DNA from: Hydrolagus colliei
Lineage: Eukaryota
Reading direction: 5' to 3'
DNA: 64,000 bases
Assembly (NCBI GenBank): GCA_035084275.1
Contig: CM068748.1
Span: 10,478,001-10,542,000 of the forward strand
The notes beneath the pieces are model-generated. The model saw nothing but the letters and a program-made list of their open reading frames with translations, ran no database searches and had not been told where the DNA came from. Shown here one piece after another: positions 62,870 through 64,000 of this stretch; positions within the stretch are counted from its first letter, which is position 1; every line of letters starts with the position of its first letter. The position numbers and the translations under genes are program-made.

Positions 62870-63680
62870 CCATATCCAACCTCCCATTCCTCTCTAAGGC
62901 TCTGGAATAAGTCGTTGCTTCGCTCCATTCTCACTCGCCACTCTCTCTTCGAACTCCTATAATCCAGCTTCTGTGCAGCCCATAGCATGGAGACAGCACA
63001 GGTCAAAGCCTCTAATGACATTTTAAACACTTGTGAACAACAACAACAAAATTACGTTTATAGAGCGCCTTTCACGTTGGGAGGATGTGATCAGCACTCT
63101 CTCTGCCTCCTTGACCTCTTGACCTTTGACACTATCGACCACTCCATCCTCCTACACAGCCACTCTCCCAGCTCAATCTTCACGGACCTGCCCTTGCCTG
63201 GTTCGACTCCTACCTTTCTGACCATCTCCACTTTGTTGCCACCACCAGCTTCTCTTCCAGCCACTGCATTGTCACCTGTGGCATCCCCCAGGCATCTTTG
63301 GCCCCCTATTGTTTAATATCTACCTGCTGCCCCTTGGCGACGTCATCCGCAAACATGGGGTCAACTTCCATATGTATGTGGATGACTCCCACCTTTTATC
63401 TTTCTTCTTCGACTCCAGAACCACTGCTGTCCTGACAGACTGCCTTGTTAATACATGTGTCAGCTTTTTTTTTTGGCACTCAGAAAGCCAGCCCCAGGTC
63501 CACAGGACCCCTGCATTAGAAGCAAACTCATGTCGTAACTTAGTAGTTTATCATGGCATAGCACTGTTTTGAATGATGTTCCTAGATTATTTTATCTCCC
63601 TTCAGATCAAATTCAAGCTTCATGTCCTCTGTTTCAAATCCCTCCATTTCCTTCCCAACCTACCTCTGCAATCCTACTGC
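62870..63680 (+). mobile_element. Fragmented L2 LINE (RT region) with nested insertions
   Basis: [45 protein letters not shown]. Confidence 0.8.
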
Positions 63681-63699
63681 CTCCACTCAGAAAGAGGAA

Positions 63700-64000
63700 C
63701 AGCAGCAAGTTGCATTTATATAGCGCCTTCCACGCCAGATGGCGTCTCAGAGCGCTTCACAAAAGCGGAGCGCAAGGCCGAGCCATGGGGGGAAGTGACT
63801 GTAGGCGTGGTCAAACAAAAAGGTCTTGAGGTGCGACCTGAAAATTGAAAAGGAGTGGGTGAGGCAAAGGGATTGAGGGAGGGAGTTCCAGAGTTTCGGG
63901 GCATAGTGGCTGAAGGCACGGCCGCAGATGGTGGAGCGGAGGATTCGGGGAACAAGGAGGAGGCCAGACCCAGTGGAGCAGAGGCAGCGGGTAATGCTGT
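63700..64000 (-). mobile_element. L2 LINE 3' end (runs off the window)
   Basis: agcaagttgcatttatatagcgccttccacg tail; minus strand GGRAFS..AP.LWNSLP-like. Confidence 0.8.

Overview
Vertebrate genomic DNA, probably a cartilaginous fish: this is inferred from the protein divergence and from a repeat set of tRNA-SINEs with L2-like tails, Deu-domain SINEs, and L2 and CR1 LINEs. One gene dominates the window: WAPL, the cohesin release factor, on the + strand. It has a CpG-island promoter and non-coding exon 1 at about 10.7-11.2 kb. Sixteen GT-AG coding exons (exons 2-17, 14458-62482) splice in phase into 3489 nt (1163 codons) with the YSR motif, three FGF motifs and most of the C-terminal WAPL domain; the last exons lie beyond the window. 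The rest is intron and upstream sequence full of LINE and SINE fragments, hAT and Tc1/mariner-type MITEs (some carrying GA-rich minisatellites) and decayed DIRS retroelements. There is no prokaryotic system, CRISPR array or intact transposase. The main leads are: (1) a 6-codon uORF whose stop overlaps the WAPL start (ATGA); (2) the same stop would close a back-spliced exon-2 or exon-2-3 circle into a full-circle ORF encoding only the PDS5/STAG-binding N-terminus; (3) a cluster of five ZNF143/THAP11-type motifs about 2 kb upstream of the promoter; (4) MITEs carrying promoter motifs, splice donors or a long hairpin next to exons. All of these are sequence-level hypotheses. Repeat boundaries are approximate unless TIRs and TSDs are given.
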